Translations under genes and position numbers: made by a program | Notes under the pieces: model-generated | Told to the model about the DNA's origin: nothing | What the model saw: the letters and a program-made list of their open reading frames with translations, nothing else | The model's database searches: none | Part shown: piece by piece, positions 1 through 8,319 of the stretch | How positions within the stretch are numbered: position 1 is the stretch's first letter | Layout of the letters: each line of letters opens with the position of its first letter | Virus record (IMG/VR): IMGVR_UViG_3300005076_000002 | Coordinates: 1-64,000 of that record | Origin: a virus | Lineage: Duplodnaviria > Caudoviricetes | Strand: one strand, 5' to 3' | Length of the DNA stretch: 64,000 nt

Positions 1-3000
1 CTACTGTCGGTTTTTACAGTAGCCGATCTTAACCTTCGTAATCGTATCCGCTACCACCGATTTGGAGAACGTGTAGTCCGCCTGACCAGAGGTTACGTCA
101 GCGTAGATATAGAAGGTCGTGTTCTGATGGTTGGACGGGAACAATGCCTTGAGGTCATAACCTTTGGATGGGAACTGCCATTGGTTACCGTTGAGGATGC
201 CCGGCACCGGCTCGGTGAAGTAAACTACCCAGCCCTCAGCCATACGCGTCATCTGCAATACTTTTTGGGTGGTGACACTTGCCACAATAGCAGCTTGCGT
301 TTTACCGTACACGTCGGCCATGATAGACTCGCCAGTGGCGGTCGATTTGGCATTGAACTGACCAAAGGTTTTATTATACCCAAGGCCAGAAGCGACGTTA
401 TGGTAGTAGTTTACCCCGGTAGGGTTTTGCCATGCTTTGGCTACGGGATCGTAGATAACTCGGAAGCCACCAGTGCCACCGTAACCAACCCAAGTCGTGT
501 ATGGACCTTGGGCCATGATAAACAACCACTTACCGTCATCCAGTTTAGCAATCGAACTACCCTGTCCGCCATCTGACACGTTATTAAGCTCTACCGCATT
601 ACCGTTAGCATGAATCCAGCGATGGATCTCCTGACCAAACGTTACCGCGCCGATCGTCCCTACCTTACGGTCTAACGTGAACGTGAAGTTCACATGGAGG
701 GTTGAACTCTGCGTTTTAGCCGCACTGGTATAATGACGCACAGCGTACGTACCAACCATGGGCAAACCAGCGATCTTGTGCATCACCAACGACATCTTAT
801 CATTAATGAAGTACGCAGGATCGACGCTATTTAGTGCAATGCCTCTGAGCTGGTCTTTCAGCGCGTTAAACAACGCTGCCGGAAGGGATACATCGTCCGT
901 AAACGTTGCTACGCCAAAGTTGGCACCGTGTACCATCTTTGACTTACCGCTCAACTGACCATCGTGGAATACGAAGCCTTCTCCGTACTCATTACCGTCA
1001 TCGTAAGTGTATGGGATTGCACGATACTTAATGTAATCGCTCCATGACAACTGAACACGGTTTTGAGTGGGACCCAACCCATCGAAGCCTGGACCAAACG
1101 AACCGCCGGGAACGTATTCAAACAGCGACGTACGCAGGTTATCTTGAATGATCGCTTTGTTACCGCCGACCTCATGCCAAAAACGCATGTTGTTACCCAG
1201 ACTCGAACCGTAGTTACCAATGTTGTACAACGTCGGCCCCACTTGATCAAATCCAATCTGGCGGCAATCCAAATAATCGAACTCAGACAACACTCCAGCA
1301 ATTGTCCGTTCCTGCAAACCAATAGCGGGCGTGTAGTTGGTGCCGTAGAAGTAATACCACAGTCTAGTGCCTCGACTACGTAGTACACCAGCGGTGTTGT
1401 TAGCCTCACCGCCGACGATAGCACGATTACCACGAGACTTATGGTCTACGCCAGCCTGGCTTACTTTAAGCGGATAGATGTCCGGGCGATCCATTACCGC
1501 TGTGCGTGCGTCAAGATCCAGTACGAAACTGGCATTCCAGCGATCATGGCGCGAAGTGAACGAGTTAGCGCAGTACGACGTGTTGTAGAAGTTGACGCGA
1601 ATCTTTGCGCCTTCTGCTGCTACGTCGTAGTTACATTCCGCATGTCGGATATTTACATACGTCCAGAACCCATCGGCGTTGTACGACATCCCTTTATGGT
1701 TAGCGTCAGGACCCATACCGCTACCCACCATGGTAAAGGTGGAAACGTTTGTTTGGGGCGTACCGAAAACGTCATTACCGGAGAGCAGCAACTGTGTGAG
1801 CATGATCTCATTAACATCAAAGATGCCTTGGTAGGGCGCTACTAACGCACTGACGTTACAACCACCGTTCGAGTAGTTAGGAGAAATGATAACGACTCGG
1901 TCACCAGTGATCAGTGGATATTGGAAATGACCAAAATTGCCAGCATTGAGGATCTTCACCAGATGATGTTTGGATTGATCCATCGTGCCGCGAGTAAACA
2001 CCAGGTAATAACCACCTGAGGTTTGAAGGATAAAGACGCCTTCGCTACCACGTTTAACAGCTAGTACCTCTTCACCCGCTTTCAATCCAGGAGGATTATA
2101 CCGTGCGGTTGTCGGTACCAGCTTAGTCGGTCTTCCATTGGGATCCATGCGAATGGAGGAGTAGAACACACCTTGCTCCAAATCATCCATACCGTTACGC
2201 AGAATAACGAAATCGCCATCTGCTTCACGTTCACCTACTACCATGTAGGAGGTACCGATACCTGATGCTGGGTAGTTACCCAGTACAGGCACTGGCAAGT
2301 AGCTGAATTTACCGTAGCGTGAGAGCTGCAACAAATCCTCAGGCACGTATTTACCCGCCTCATCTTCCAACAGTGCTACATTCTCCAAGATACGCTTTAC
2401 TGCTGTGTTGGTAGTGGCCGTGGTCTTGTCGGTAGAGTCGATAGCATCGTTGTGCTTCGTGACCCCCTTTTGGGTAAGGGTGGCAGGAGTAACGGTGATT
2501 TCACTCGACTCGTGGGTGTGTCCATCCAACGCCTTTATATCTACCAGCAGGTCAAAGTGACCGCTGTTCGCAGGCATGTTTGCATCGGCAAGATTGGCTA
2601 CTTTACTCAGTCCAATATCGCCTTTATCAAGAACGATGTTATTGGCCAGCGTAATGCCGTTGATCCGGCGAGTGACCGGAACGAGAGACAGGATGATGTT
2701 ACGCTGTTCGGTAATAGCTTTCTGGGTTACGCCATACGGCCCAGAGACGTTACGGCCTGCATCTTCCATAGTAGCCAGGCCAGGAGTACCAGCACCACCG
2801 TCATTAAGTGGGATGTTAGCTTTCAACGGGCTAGCCACAGTACCGGCGCCAGTGAAGTCAATGTTAGTACCATCGCGATAGCTCAGAGGAGCCGAACCAC
2901 CACCACCTGCGCTAGAGGCGTACGTGGCCAGAGTCTCTACGGTAATGACTTCTTGCCCGTTGTATTTTACGGACTTGTTATCAATGCCAGTACCTGAGGA

Positions 3001-3984
3001 CTCCACGGACAGTTCGTTAGCGCCTGAGATAAGACTGGCTTTCTTACCGCCTACGTTATCGATGTCGGCACGCACTACGGTGTCGTTGACAGAAACCAGT
3101 TGTGCGTTACCCGAACTCAAATCGATAGTTGGGATTTTATCGGCACCATAAACGGTGGAGATATTAGCTTCACCGTCAGAGAGTACGATGTCACCAGTCA
3201 CGATCCGGTCGGCGTTGAGCGGGAACTTACCGGCAGTATCGTCGGTCAGGTCAGTCACTGCCAGTACAGCATCACGCAGTTCAGGCTTGGTCAGACCGAA
3301 GGCCTTATTGGCATTCTTGGCGATACCTTGCTCATGGAGAGCGCCGGCGGTGTAATGGGTTTCACCGTGAGGTACAGCTTCGTCGGCGATGTGTTCGGCC
3401 CAACCTGAGGAAGAAACAACAGCTTCCAGATTGTCCAGAAGGCTGTCTGCCAATTTATGCATCTCGCCCTTGGTAGGGTCTTTAGACGCAATGGCGTTCT
3501 TTACCTCATCAAGTTTAGCAATCAGCTGAGGCTCGGAGTTGAATGCGTCACGATCGAACTGCACTTTGACCGGCGGAAAAAAACGATCGTCCGCCAAGAC
3601 GTCATCCCAATATTCATTTGTGGGATCAACGATCGTTGGCATGTACGCCGTAATTACTGACGCATCGACGGTGTAGTTACCACCTACGGTGCGGTACTGG
3701 AGAGTAAACGGCCCCTTGAGCGCTTTATTGATAATCCAGATAGACCCGGATATTCTTTGAGCACAGAGGTGGGATCCTTTCAGGTAGCGGTGCCCGAAAT
3801 AGAAGTCCACACCCTCTTTAAGGGTCTTGGTACCTTCCTTGATACGGAAGTCCTTGATAAAGAATGGGGCTGCCGTGGGGAAGATGACTTTCATCGCTCC
3901 AGCAGGAAGCGATTTCGCTTCGCTGGGGATATAGCAAGCTACGTCTGACCCGTGCGGGTCGAACGGATAGATGGGACGAGTCAT
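1..3984 (-). CDS. Long tail fibre / tail-associated virion protein (phiKZ gp145/146-like N-terminus)
   Basis: 1327 aa. N-terminal YPFDPxG motif typical of phiKZ-like fibre proteins; tail-fibre repeats TRRINGITLANNIVLDKGDIGLSKVAN and ATLTQKGVTK; beta-rich C-terminal half. The C-terminus may be truncated by a frameshift at the A5 run (11-15). Confidence 0.75.
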   Translation of the reverse strand: MTRPIYPFDPHGSDVACYIPSEAKSLPAGAMKVIFPTAAPFFIKDFRIKEGTKTLKEGVDFYFGHRYLKGSHLCAQRISGSIWIINKALKGPFTLQYRTVGGNYTVDASVITAYMPTIVDPTNEYWDDVLADDRFFPPVKVQFDRDAFNSEPQLIAKLDEVKNAIASKDPTKGEMHKLADSLLDNLEAVVSSSGWAEHIADEAVPHGETHYTAGALHEQGIAKNANKAFGLTKPELRDAVLAVTDLTDDTAGKFPLNADRIVTGDIVLSDGEANISTVYGADKIPTIDLSSGNAQLVSVNDTVVRADIDNVGGKKASLISGANELSVESSGTGIDNKSVKYNGQEVITVETLATYASSAGGGGSAPLSYRDGTNIDFTGAGTVASPLKANIPLNDGGAGTPGLATMEDAGRNVSGPYGVTQKAITEQRNIILSLVPVTRRINGITLANNIVLDKGDIGLSKVANLADANMPANSGHFDLLVDIKALDGHTHESSEITVTPATLTQKGVTKHNDAIDSTDKTTATTNTAVKRILENVALLEDEAGKYVPEDLLQLSRYGKFSYLPVPVLGNYPASGIGTSYMVVGEREADGDFVILRNGMDDLEQGVFYSSIRMDPNGRPTKLVPTTARYNPPGLKAGEEVLAVKRGSEGVFILQTSGGYYLVFTRGTMDQSKHHLVKILNAGNFGHFQYPLITGDRVVIISPNYSNGGCNVSALVAPYQGIFDVNEIMLTQLLLSGNDVFGTPQTNVSTFTMVGSGMGPDANHKGMSYNADGFWTYVNIRHAECNYDVAAEGAKIRVNFYNTSYCANSFTSRHDRWNASFVLDLDARTAVMDRPDIYPLKVSQAGVDHKSRGNRAIVGGEANNTAGVLRSRGTRLWYYFYGTNYTPAIGLQERTIAGVLSEFDYLDCRQIGFDQVGPTLYNIGNYGSSLGNNMRFWHEVGGNKAIIQDNLRTSLFEYVPGGSFGPGFDGLGPTQNRVQLSWSDYIKYRAIPYTYDDGNEYGEGFVFHDGQLSGKSKMVHGANFGVATFTDDVSLPAALFNALKDQLRGIALNSVDPAYFINDKMSLVMHKIAGLPMVGTYAVRHYTSAAKTQSSTLHVNFTFTLDRKVGTIGAVTFGQEIHRWIHANGNAVELNNVSDGGQGSSIAKLDDGKWLFIMAQGPYTTWVGYGGTGGFRVIYDPVAKAWQNPTGVNYYHNVASGLGYNKTFGQFNAKSTATGESIMADVYGKTQAAIVASVTTQKVLQMTRMAEGWVVYFTEPVPGILNGNQWQFPSKGYDLKALFPSNHQNTTFYIYADVTSGQADYTFSKSVVADTITKVKIGYCKNRQ

Positions 3985-4058
3985 ACGAACTTCCTTTTGT
4001 GATGGATACTTTAGCCAAGGCTAGTCATAGTATGGCTTACCGTTTTAGGAGATTAGAC

Positions 4059-5306
4059 ATGTCCAATACTGGCAGTAATTATCGGCTAGATGCCGCTCCA
4101 GCGATCGTGCGTTCACGGACGACGCGGGACTGGTTAAAGGTTGATATTTCGGCAATGAAAGTGGCTGATGTATTTGCCAACTATCGTGAAATAGAAGTGG
4201 GTCTTTTCGATGCATTCAATAAGCCCTGTACCATTAACCTCTACCAATATGAGTTTGAACTGCGTAATTACCAGCAGACTCTGGGTGTTTGGTTAAACAG
4301 TCTGGGTAAACGCGGTTTAATCACCACCGCCGGCTTACCCACGTTGACCTTCAAAGAGGTTAACTATTTGCCATTGACTTATTACGAAGGAATGTTCCAA
4401 CTAGCTAAACGTGGTTGGCATCCGTCGCATCAAGTTCCGATGGAGGACTACGACGACGTCGTGGTGGCTTATAATAGCATCACGTCTAAATACCTGCATA
4501 GTAATGCACTGTTCACTGTCAATGGCATGTTCATGCCTGTCACGTACCACGAATACGGCGTGCGTATCTTCAATGCTGGAGATATCATCCGTAAGACCGG
4601 CAAGGTGGAGCTTGGCATGCTCAACTTTGAACAGGTCGGTACTGTCGAGGTAGTTCCTATTACTTCCGATATGATCTTTAAGGTCGATGGGAAGAAGGAC
4701 TACTACACAGAACTTCTGATTAAATCCCCAAAGTCACTGGCCGGTAAAACCGTAGGCATTGTTATCGGCGGCTATCTGCATCTTCTCGATGGACTGATCA
4801 AGCCTAATAGTGACACCACTGCTATCATTACCATGAAAGATATTTCCGTGGTAGAGCGTGTTATTGCTACCAAGGATATTCTTGATCTGGATTTCATGGG
4901 TCTTGATAACTTGGACGTCAATGCTTCAGTGACTACTGTCCTTGATGACACCAATATCCTGAAGTATCTGACATGTCCCTATAGCTTCCTTGTCCTCGTT
5001 AATAACGTAAACCTGAGTAAGCGCTGGGATCCAGTGGATCCGAACGTCGGTATGGGTAACTACCTTATTGACGATAGTGCAAGTCTTGGCTTGCTGGTGG
5101 ACGAGACCGGTAAGGCTATCGATTACTGGCCTAAGTGGGAATGTGGTAAATGGGCGTTGTGTACCGAACATTCGCATCGTAACACCCATTCATTCCATAC
5201 CGCGCCCTGGATGGGGCAGACGCGCATCAACAGTGCGGCGATCGGTATTAATCCTGCTAATCCCATTCAGCCGTCAGTGATTACTTTCTACGCACGTGCA
5301 AAATAA
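4059..5306 (+). CDS. Conserved jumbo-phage virion structural protein (baseplate-associated, putative)
   Basis: Start moved to ATG 4059 after SD AGGAG (4047-4051); lies between the fibre and spike genes; LFTVNG and IVIGGYLH motifs resemble phiKZ-like structural proteins. Confidence 0.55.
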   Translation: MSNTGSNYRLDAAPAIVRSRTTRDWLKVDISAMKVADVFANYREIEVGLFDAFNKPCTINLYQYEFELRNYQQTLGVWLNSLGKRGLITTAGLPTLTFKEVNYLPLTYYEGMFQLAKRGWHPSHQVPMEDYDDVVVAYNSITSKYLHSNALFTVNGMFMPVTYHEYGVRIFNAGDIIRKTGKVELGMLNFEQVGTVEVVPITSDMIFKVDGKKDYYTELLIKSPKSLAGKTVGIVIGGYLHLLDGLIKPNSDTTAIITMKDISVVERVIATKDILDLDFMGLDNLDVNASVTTVLDDTNILKYLTCPYSFLVLVNNVNLSKRWDPVDPNVGMGNYLIDDSASLGLLVDETGKAIDYWPKWECGKWALCTEHSHRNTHSFHTAPWMGQTRINSAAIGINPANPIQPSVITFYARAK

Positions 5307-5335
5307 AAGCTAGGGGCCAGCGCCCCTAGCTTTTT
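5305..5335. terminator. Bidirectional intrinsic terminator
   Basis: AAAAGCTAGGGGC-CAGC-GCCCCTAGCTTTTT between convergent genes. Confidence 0.85.
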
Positions 5336-6233
5336 ATATATGTTTTCCAACAAACCCTTCGGTGGCGGTAATGCGACCACCTTTAATTTCTGAGGTGGTT
5401 TCAAACCCGCCAGAACTGCTACAGTCACCGGTATTGGAAAGACCATTGGTAGTAGTCTGTCCTTCGACGGTCGTATCGCCCGTGAATTTGGCTGTGTCGG
5501 AGTCGCAAATAAAATCATTGCATTTGATTCTGAATGTAACACACTCGAAAGCAACGTCCTTACCGGCGGTGCCAACGATGTCATCGATAGCTTTAAACTC
5601 GACGTTATGCTGGGCTACCTTTACATAGGAGCCATCAGCATTTACCATGCCAAGCTCGCGATCACCGCTGTTAAGATAATTACGGTTGCCAACATCGTCT
5701 TTATTTTCATAGTAACCTTCAGCAGTGTTAAGCTCGATATTATACGCAAAAGGTTCACCGTTATGCTTGGTAGTTACCAGCTTCATGTGCTTCTCATGCG
5801 TGGAGATGCTAAAGAAGTAAGCGTTCTTCAGCGTCTCGCGATCGAGCGGTTCATTGGGGTTTGAGCTAAACGCCCAGATAACCGTCTCCAAACGTTTGAC
5901 GTTACCGATGGAGCGTTCTTCCCAGAAGTATTTCTCATTACCCATTTTCCAGATAATGACGGGATCACCACGACGGACATCCGGTGCAGTGATACGATTG
6001 GTGTCCCTGGGCAGCCATGTGGCTTCAATGGACGTATCTGTAGTATTCTCAATGTGGGCCTTGCCATCACCGGTATCAAATTCGACAATGGCTTGTTGCG
6101 GATTAGTGAGGGCTTCTTCCTCAACGGCGAAGCGCTGCTGTTTAAGCTTGGCTTTAATAACCCAACTGCCGGAAGCTTTGTTAGCCGTTACCTCACCTAA
6201 GCTATAGGGCATCAATGCACATGCGATATCCAT
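5334..6233 (-). CDS. Baseplate central spike / tail tip protein (phiKZ gp164-like)
   Basis: OB-fold-like N-terminus (WLP..NRITAPDVRRGD.V), beta-helix-like Gly/Thr-rich C-terminus ending in a terminal His (GKHI); near SbcC as in phiKZ. Confidence 0.7.
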   Translation of the reverse strand: MDIACALMPYSLGEVTANKASGSWVIKAKLKQQRFAVEEEALTNPQQAIVEFDTGDGKAHIENTTDTSIEATWLPRDTNRITAPDVRRGDPVIIWKMGNEKYFWEERSIGNVKRLETVIWAFSSNPNEPLDRETLKNAYFFSISTHEKHMKLVTTKHNGEPFAYNIELNTAEGYYENKDDVGNRNYLNSGDRELGMVNADGSYVKVAQHNVEFKAIDDIVGTAGKDVAFECVTFRIKCNDFICDSDTAKFTGDTTVEGQTTTNGLSNTGDCSSSGGFETTSEIKGGRITATEGFVGKHI

Positions 6234-6244
6234 CAGGGCTCCTT

Positions 6245-6277
6245 AAAAAATTATACAGGCATATATCATTATAGTGA
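6245..6277 (+). promoter_or_regulatory. Phage early (vRNAP-type) promoter
   Basis: AAAAAATTATACAGGCATATATCATTATAGTGA; one of six copies resembling the phiKZ early TATATTAC motif. Confidence 0.7.
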
Positions 6278-6310
6278 CATTCATCAATGATCTATCTGGA
6301 GTAAACAAGC

Positions 6311-7126
6311 ATGTCCTACTATAAGATGAACCATAACGTGATTGAAGCTGATCTTCGGTTGAAGATTAGTGTTCTTTGTCGGAACGTATTGGAGCTTCCC
6401 AATATTGACGACAGCCTTCGCCAAGAAATCACGGAACTCTTTGCCTGTGTTAATCAGGCATACGTTGATGCACTGGAGTGGTGTGATAATAGCCAGTTCC
6501 GTCAGTTCATCTCTGAGATGGCAGGACCTAAGGGCAAGCTGGTATTAGACTACAATGCGCATATCGCACAGTTCGATAAGGCGCCGGTCAAGGTTGCTGA
6601 GATCATGCAGATCCTCAGTGGCGAGTCCATGGTTAAGGTTGATGTCGCCGTAGACTTCACTGTGGATGATGATGGGGCTATCGAAAATGAGGAAATGAGC
6701 GATCTGTTGGCGGCGGCTTACGCACTACTTATCTCACATATGGCCGAAGACTTGTCTAATGGCGGTGCACGTATTCGTATGGTCACCTACTGGGACGCAG
6801 AAGAAATCGATAGCGAGTTCTCTCAGCTCGTTCGCGGGTTCTTCGGCGAAGAACATCCCATCAACGATATCAGCATTGCTGACGCGTTACGGCTGTCGCT
6901 GCACAATCCGTCTGAGCATATCTTTGCGCTCTTTGAGCAACCCATCACTAGCCTGGCCTACGCCATGGGCAAGATGGAAGAACGCGCCGGACTTCTTGTC
7001 TACGAGGCCAACGGCTACACAATCGGTTTTGATCCTGAGACCGCCATCCTTGTTACTGACCATCCGAGCGGAGATATCTACGAAGCAATTAACTTTATCG
7101 AGGTCGTAGAAGATGTCGAAGAATAA
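6311..7126 (+). CDS. Hypothetical acidic protein (early)
   Basis: 271 aa ORF, SD GGAG, directly after the early promoter. Confidence 0.75.
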   Translation: MSYYKMNHNVIEADLRLKISVLCRNVLELPNIDDSLRQEITELFACVNQAYVDALEWCDNSQFRQFISEMAGPKGKLVLDYNAHIAQFDKAPVKVAEIMQILSGESMVKVDVAVDFTVDDDGAIENEEMSDLLAAAYALLISHMAEDLSNGGARIRMVTYWDAEEIDSEFSQLVRGFFGEEHPINDISIADALRLSLHNPSEHIFALFEQPITSLAYAMGKMEERAGLLVYEANGYTIGFDPETAILVTDHPSGDIYEAINFIEVVEDVEE

Positions 7127-7502
7127 GCAACGTAGGTTTAGCTACTACGACGCTGGACGAGAACACGGTAAAACACTCAATGCCTTTTTCCGCGTGACCA
7201 ACTATAAAGGGAGGCGATGGTTAAATAGCGGCGAGTACCTGCGCGGGTTAACTGATGAGATAAAGGCGCAGTTAAAGTGTGGGGACGTTTATCGTATATC
7301 ATCAATCCTGTGGTACGTCAGTGAACTGCCGCAGCCTGCCAGAGGCCATGTCATTTCAAAGACAGGCATCAAACTTGATATGTTCGGCTATCCTATCTTT
7401 GAACGTCACGGCGTAACGCATGATGGGTGTGGCAGACCTGTAGAATACAAACCCACGCTTAAGGAACGTATTATAGGTTTCTTTGGCAACCTGTTCAGAT
7501 AA
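7113..7502 (+). CDS. Hypothetical protein
   Basis: 129 aa, overlaps the upstream stop, followed by a terminator. Confidence 0.65.
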   Translation: MSKNKQRRFSYYDAGREHGKTLNAFFRVTNYKGRRWLNSGEYLRGLTDEIKAQLKCGDVYRISSILWYVSELPQPARGHVISKTGIKLDMFGYPIFERHGVTHDGCGRPVEYKPTLKERIIGFFGNLFR

Positions 7503-7506
7503 GATC

Positions 7507-7540
7507 AAAGCTAGGGGCTCAAGCCCCTAGTTCTTTTTTT
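7507..7540 (+). terminator. Intrinsic terminator
   Basis: GCTAGGGGC-TCAA-GCCCCTAGT followed by a T-tract. Confidence 0.85.
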
Positions 7541-7555
7541 GTTTGTGTTCGATTT

Positions 7556-7590
7556 AAAATCATTTCAGACATATATTACCAGAGTGAGAT
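7556..7590 (+). promoter_or_regulatory. Phage early promoter
   Basis: AAAATCATTTCAGACATATATTACCAGAGTGAGAT contains an exact TATATTAC; 28 bp identical to the copy at about 53498-53525. Confidence 0.8.
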
Positions 7591-7635
7591 ACAATAGTAA
7601 TCTCTACTATTACCACTACCTAAAAGGAAAATTGT

Positions 7636-8214
7636 ATGTTGAATATTATGATCGATCGTGTTAACGGTAAGATGTCCCAAGCGTCCGCAATGCGGGCTAT
7701 GTTCGGCGACTGTGAATATGACTTCATCAGTCACTGCCCCGAAAGCTACATCAAAGAAAGCTTCAACAAGATGATGAAGTTCGTGAGCGTCGAAGCGCTG
7801 CGCAAAGAAGTCAACGCCAAGATGCAAGAGATCACCAAGTACGACGCCGACCTGGCTGGCGAAGCAAGCGATGCGATCTGCGGTGTCACCGATATCGTCG
7901 TGCTGGTACGCACCTCGTACGGGATCATGGTCGAGGTTCTGAAGGCCGCCGTGGACAACGCTGACCTGCGGGAACTGGTACTCTCCACCATCGACGACAA
8001 AGAAGGTGAAGATGGTATCTACACCGCAGAAGCAGAAGCGAACCTCGAGGCCATGGTTGCAAAACTGCGCCAGATCGAAACCAAGCCGGCCAAGGCCGAC
8101 ACCACTGCAAAAGCCCAGTCCGAGCTCGTAATCGAGCCGGTCGATGGCGAGGGCGCAGGGGCAGCTAAGAAGCCCACTCCGGCCACCGAAAGTAAAAAGA
8201 AATCGCAGAAGTAA
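7636..8214 (+). CDS. Hypothetical early protein
   Basis: 192 aa, SD AAGGA, strongly C-ending codon bias, own promoter and terminator. Confidence 0.8.
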   Translation: MLNIMIDRVNGKMSQASAMRAMFGDCEYDFISHCPESYIKESFNKMMKFVSVEALRKEVNAKMQEITKYDADLAGEASDAICGVTDIVVLVRTSYGIMVEVLKAAVDNADLRELVLSTIDDKEGEDGIYTAEAEANLEAMVAKLRQIETKPAKADTTAKAQSELVIEPVDGEGAGAAKKPTPATESKKKSQK

Positions 8215-8233
8215 CCGAAAGGTTACTCTGTAT

Positions 8234-8266
8234 GAGCTGGGGGTTAATTCCCCCAGTTCTTTTTTT
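8234..8266 (+). terminator. Intrinsic terminator
   Basis: GAGCTGGGGG-TTAATT-CCCCCAGTTC followed by a T-tract. Confidence 0.85.
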
Positions 8267-8319
8267 GTGTTTTTTTACAAGGAACACCATCCTATAGATT
8301 CCCCTATGAGTGTTCTACG

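Noticed and set aside
4026-4034. Back-to-back CATA/TATG (also near 17189, 22420, 57956) as phiKZ-type late promoters
   Set aside because: Positions are plausible, but a 4-mer is too common to call without TSS data
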